Positions 63,683 through 64,000 of a DNA stretch of 64,000 bases are shown here, one piece after another. This stretch comes from Candidatus Undinarchaeota archaeon. GTDB taxonomy: Archaea; SpSt-1190; JASMDC01. The first letter of the stretch is position 1. Every line of letters begins with the position of its first letter. The notes beneath the pieces were generated by a model. That model worked only from the letters and a program-made list of their open reading frames with translations, did no database searches and was not told the origin of the DNA. The position numbers were made by a program, and so were the translations under genes. The DNA is taken from the NCBI GenBank assembly GCA_964519305.1, contig CAZFHY010000001.1:122032-186031 (forward strand), written 5' to 3'.

Positions 63683-64000
63683 ATGGAAGTTGAAATTGTT
63701 GAGACGTACAAGAACCTCCTGCTCGCGCGCACTGAAGTGCGCTTCCGCATCGACCACAAGGGGGCTGCAACTCCGCCCATCGGCGAGGTGCGAGCCCAAT
63801 TGGCATCGGCCCTGAAGGCGAAGAAGGATCTCTTGATCGTCAACCGGTACGTGACGACCTTCGGCATCGACTCCTGCGAGGGCAGTGCTTCGGTCTACAA
63901 GGACGCTGGTGTGCTCTCCAAGGTTGAGACCAAGGCCACGCTGATCAAGAACGGCCTCATCAAGGTAGAGGGAGAGGAGACAAAGGAAGAGAAGGCCGAG
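63683..64000 (+). CDS. rps24e: 30S ribosomal protein S24e (partial, runs off right edge)
   Basis: MEVEIVETYKNLLLARTEVRFRIDHKGAATP...TTFG...G.ASVY. Confidence 0.92.
   Translation, partial: MEVEIVETYKNLLLARTEVRFRIDHKGAATPPIGEVRAQLASALKAKKDLLIVNRYVTTFGIDSCEGSASVYKDAGVLSKVETKATLIKNGLIKVEGEETKEEKAE

Noticed and set aside
1-64000. CRISPR array, integrase, transposase or prophage genes
   Set aside because: I saw no regularly spaced repeat-spacer units and no recombinase, transposase or capsid motifs. The repeats present are coding low-complexity linkers.

Overview
This is a GC-rich archaeal chromosome segment. The archaeal call rests on L7Ae, S28e, L24e, aIF5B, S6e, aIF2-gamma, RpoE1/Spt4, S24e, archaeal-type tRNA-Val/tRNA-His and TATA-box promoters. 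The right end is the conserved translation/transcription superoperon. The middle is mixed metabolism: a GH13 branching enzyme, DEAD-box helicase, fused GuaA, orphan fwdA-fwdC, GlmU, a carbamoyltransferase cassette and adenosine deaminase. About 22 kb encodes single-pass surface proteins, most of them very large. The most striking observations are: (1) a translationally coupled pair encoding an N-terminally membrane-anchored Snf7/ESCRT-III-like protein and a TadA/CpaF-type secretion ATPase fused to a multi-[4Fe-4S] ferredoxin domain; (2) six surface proteins of different architecture that all end in a TM helix plus a Tyr/Gly/Gln/Asn-rich, prion-like cytoplasmic tail; (3) a membrane protein whose C-terminus resembles a beta-COP/adaptin appendage; (4) an apparently catalytically dead pyrophosphatase retained in the rpoE operon; and (5) several structured non-coding elements. 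All family assignments come from motif recognition and recalled reference sequences. No database searches were run. I saw no CRISPR array, integrase or transposase.
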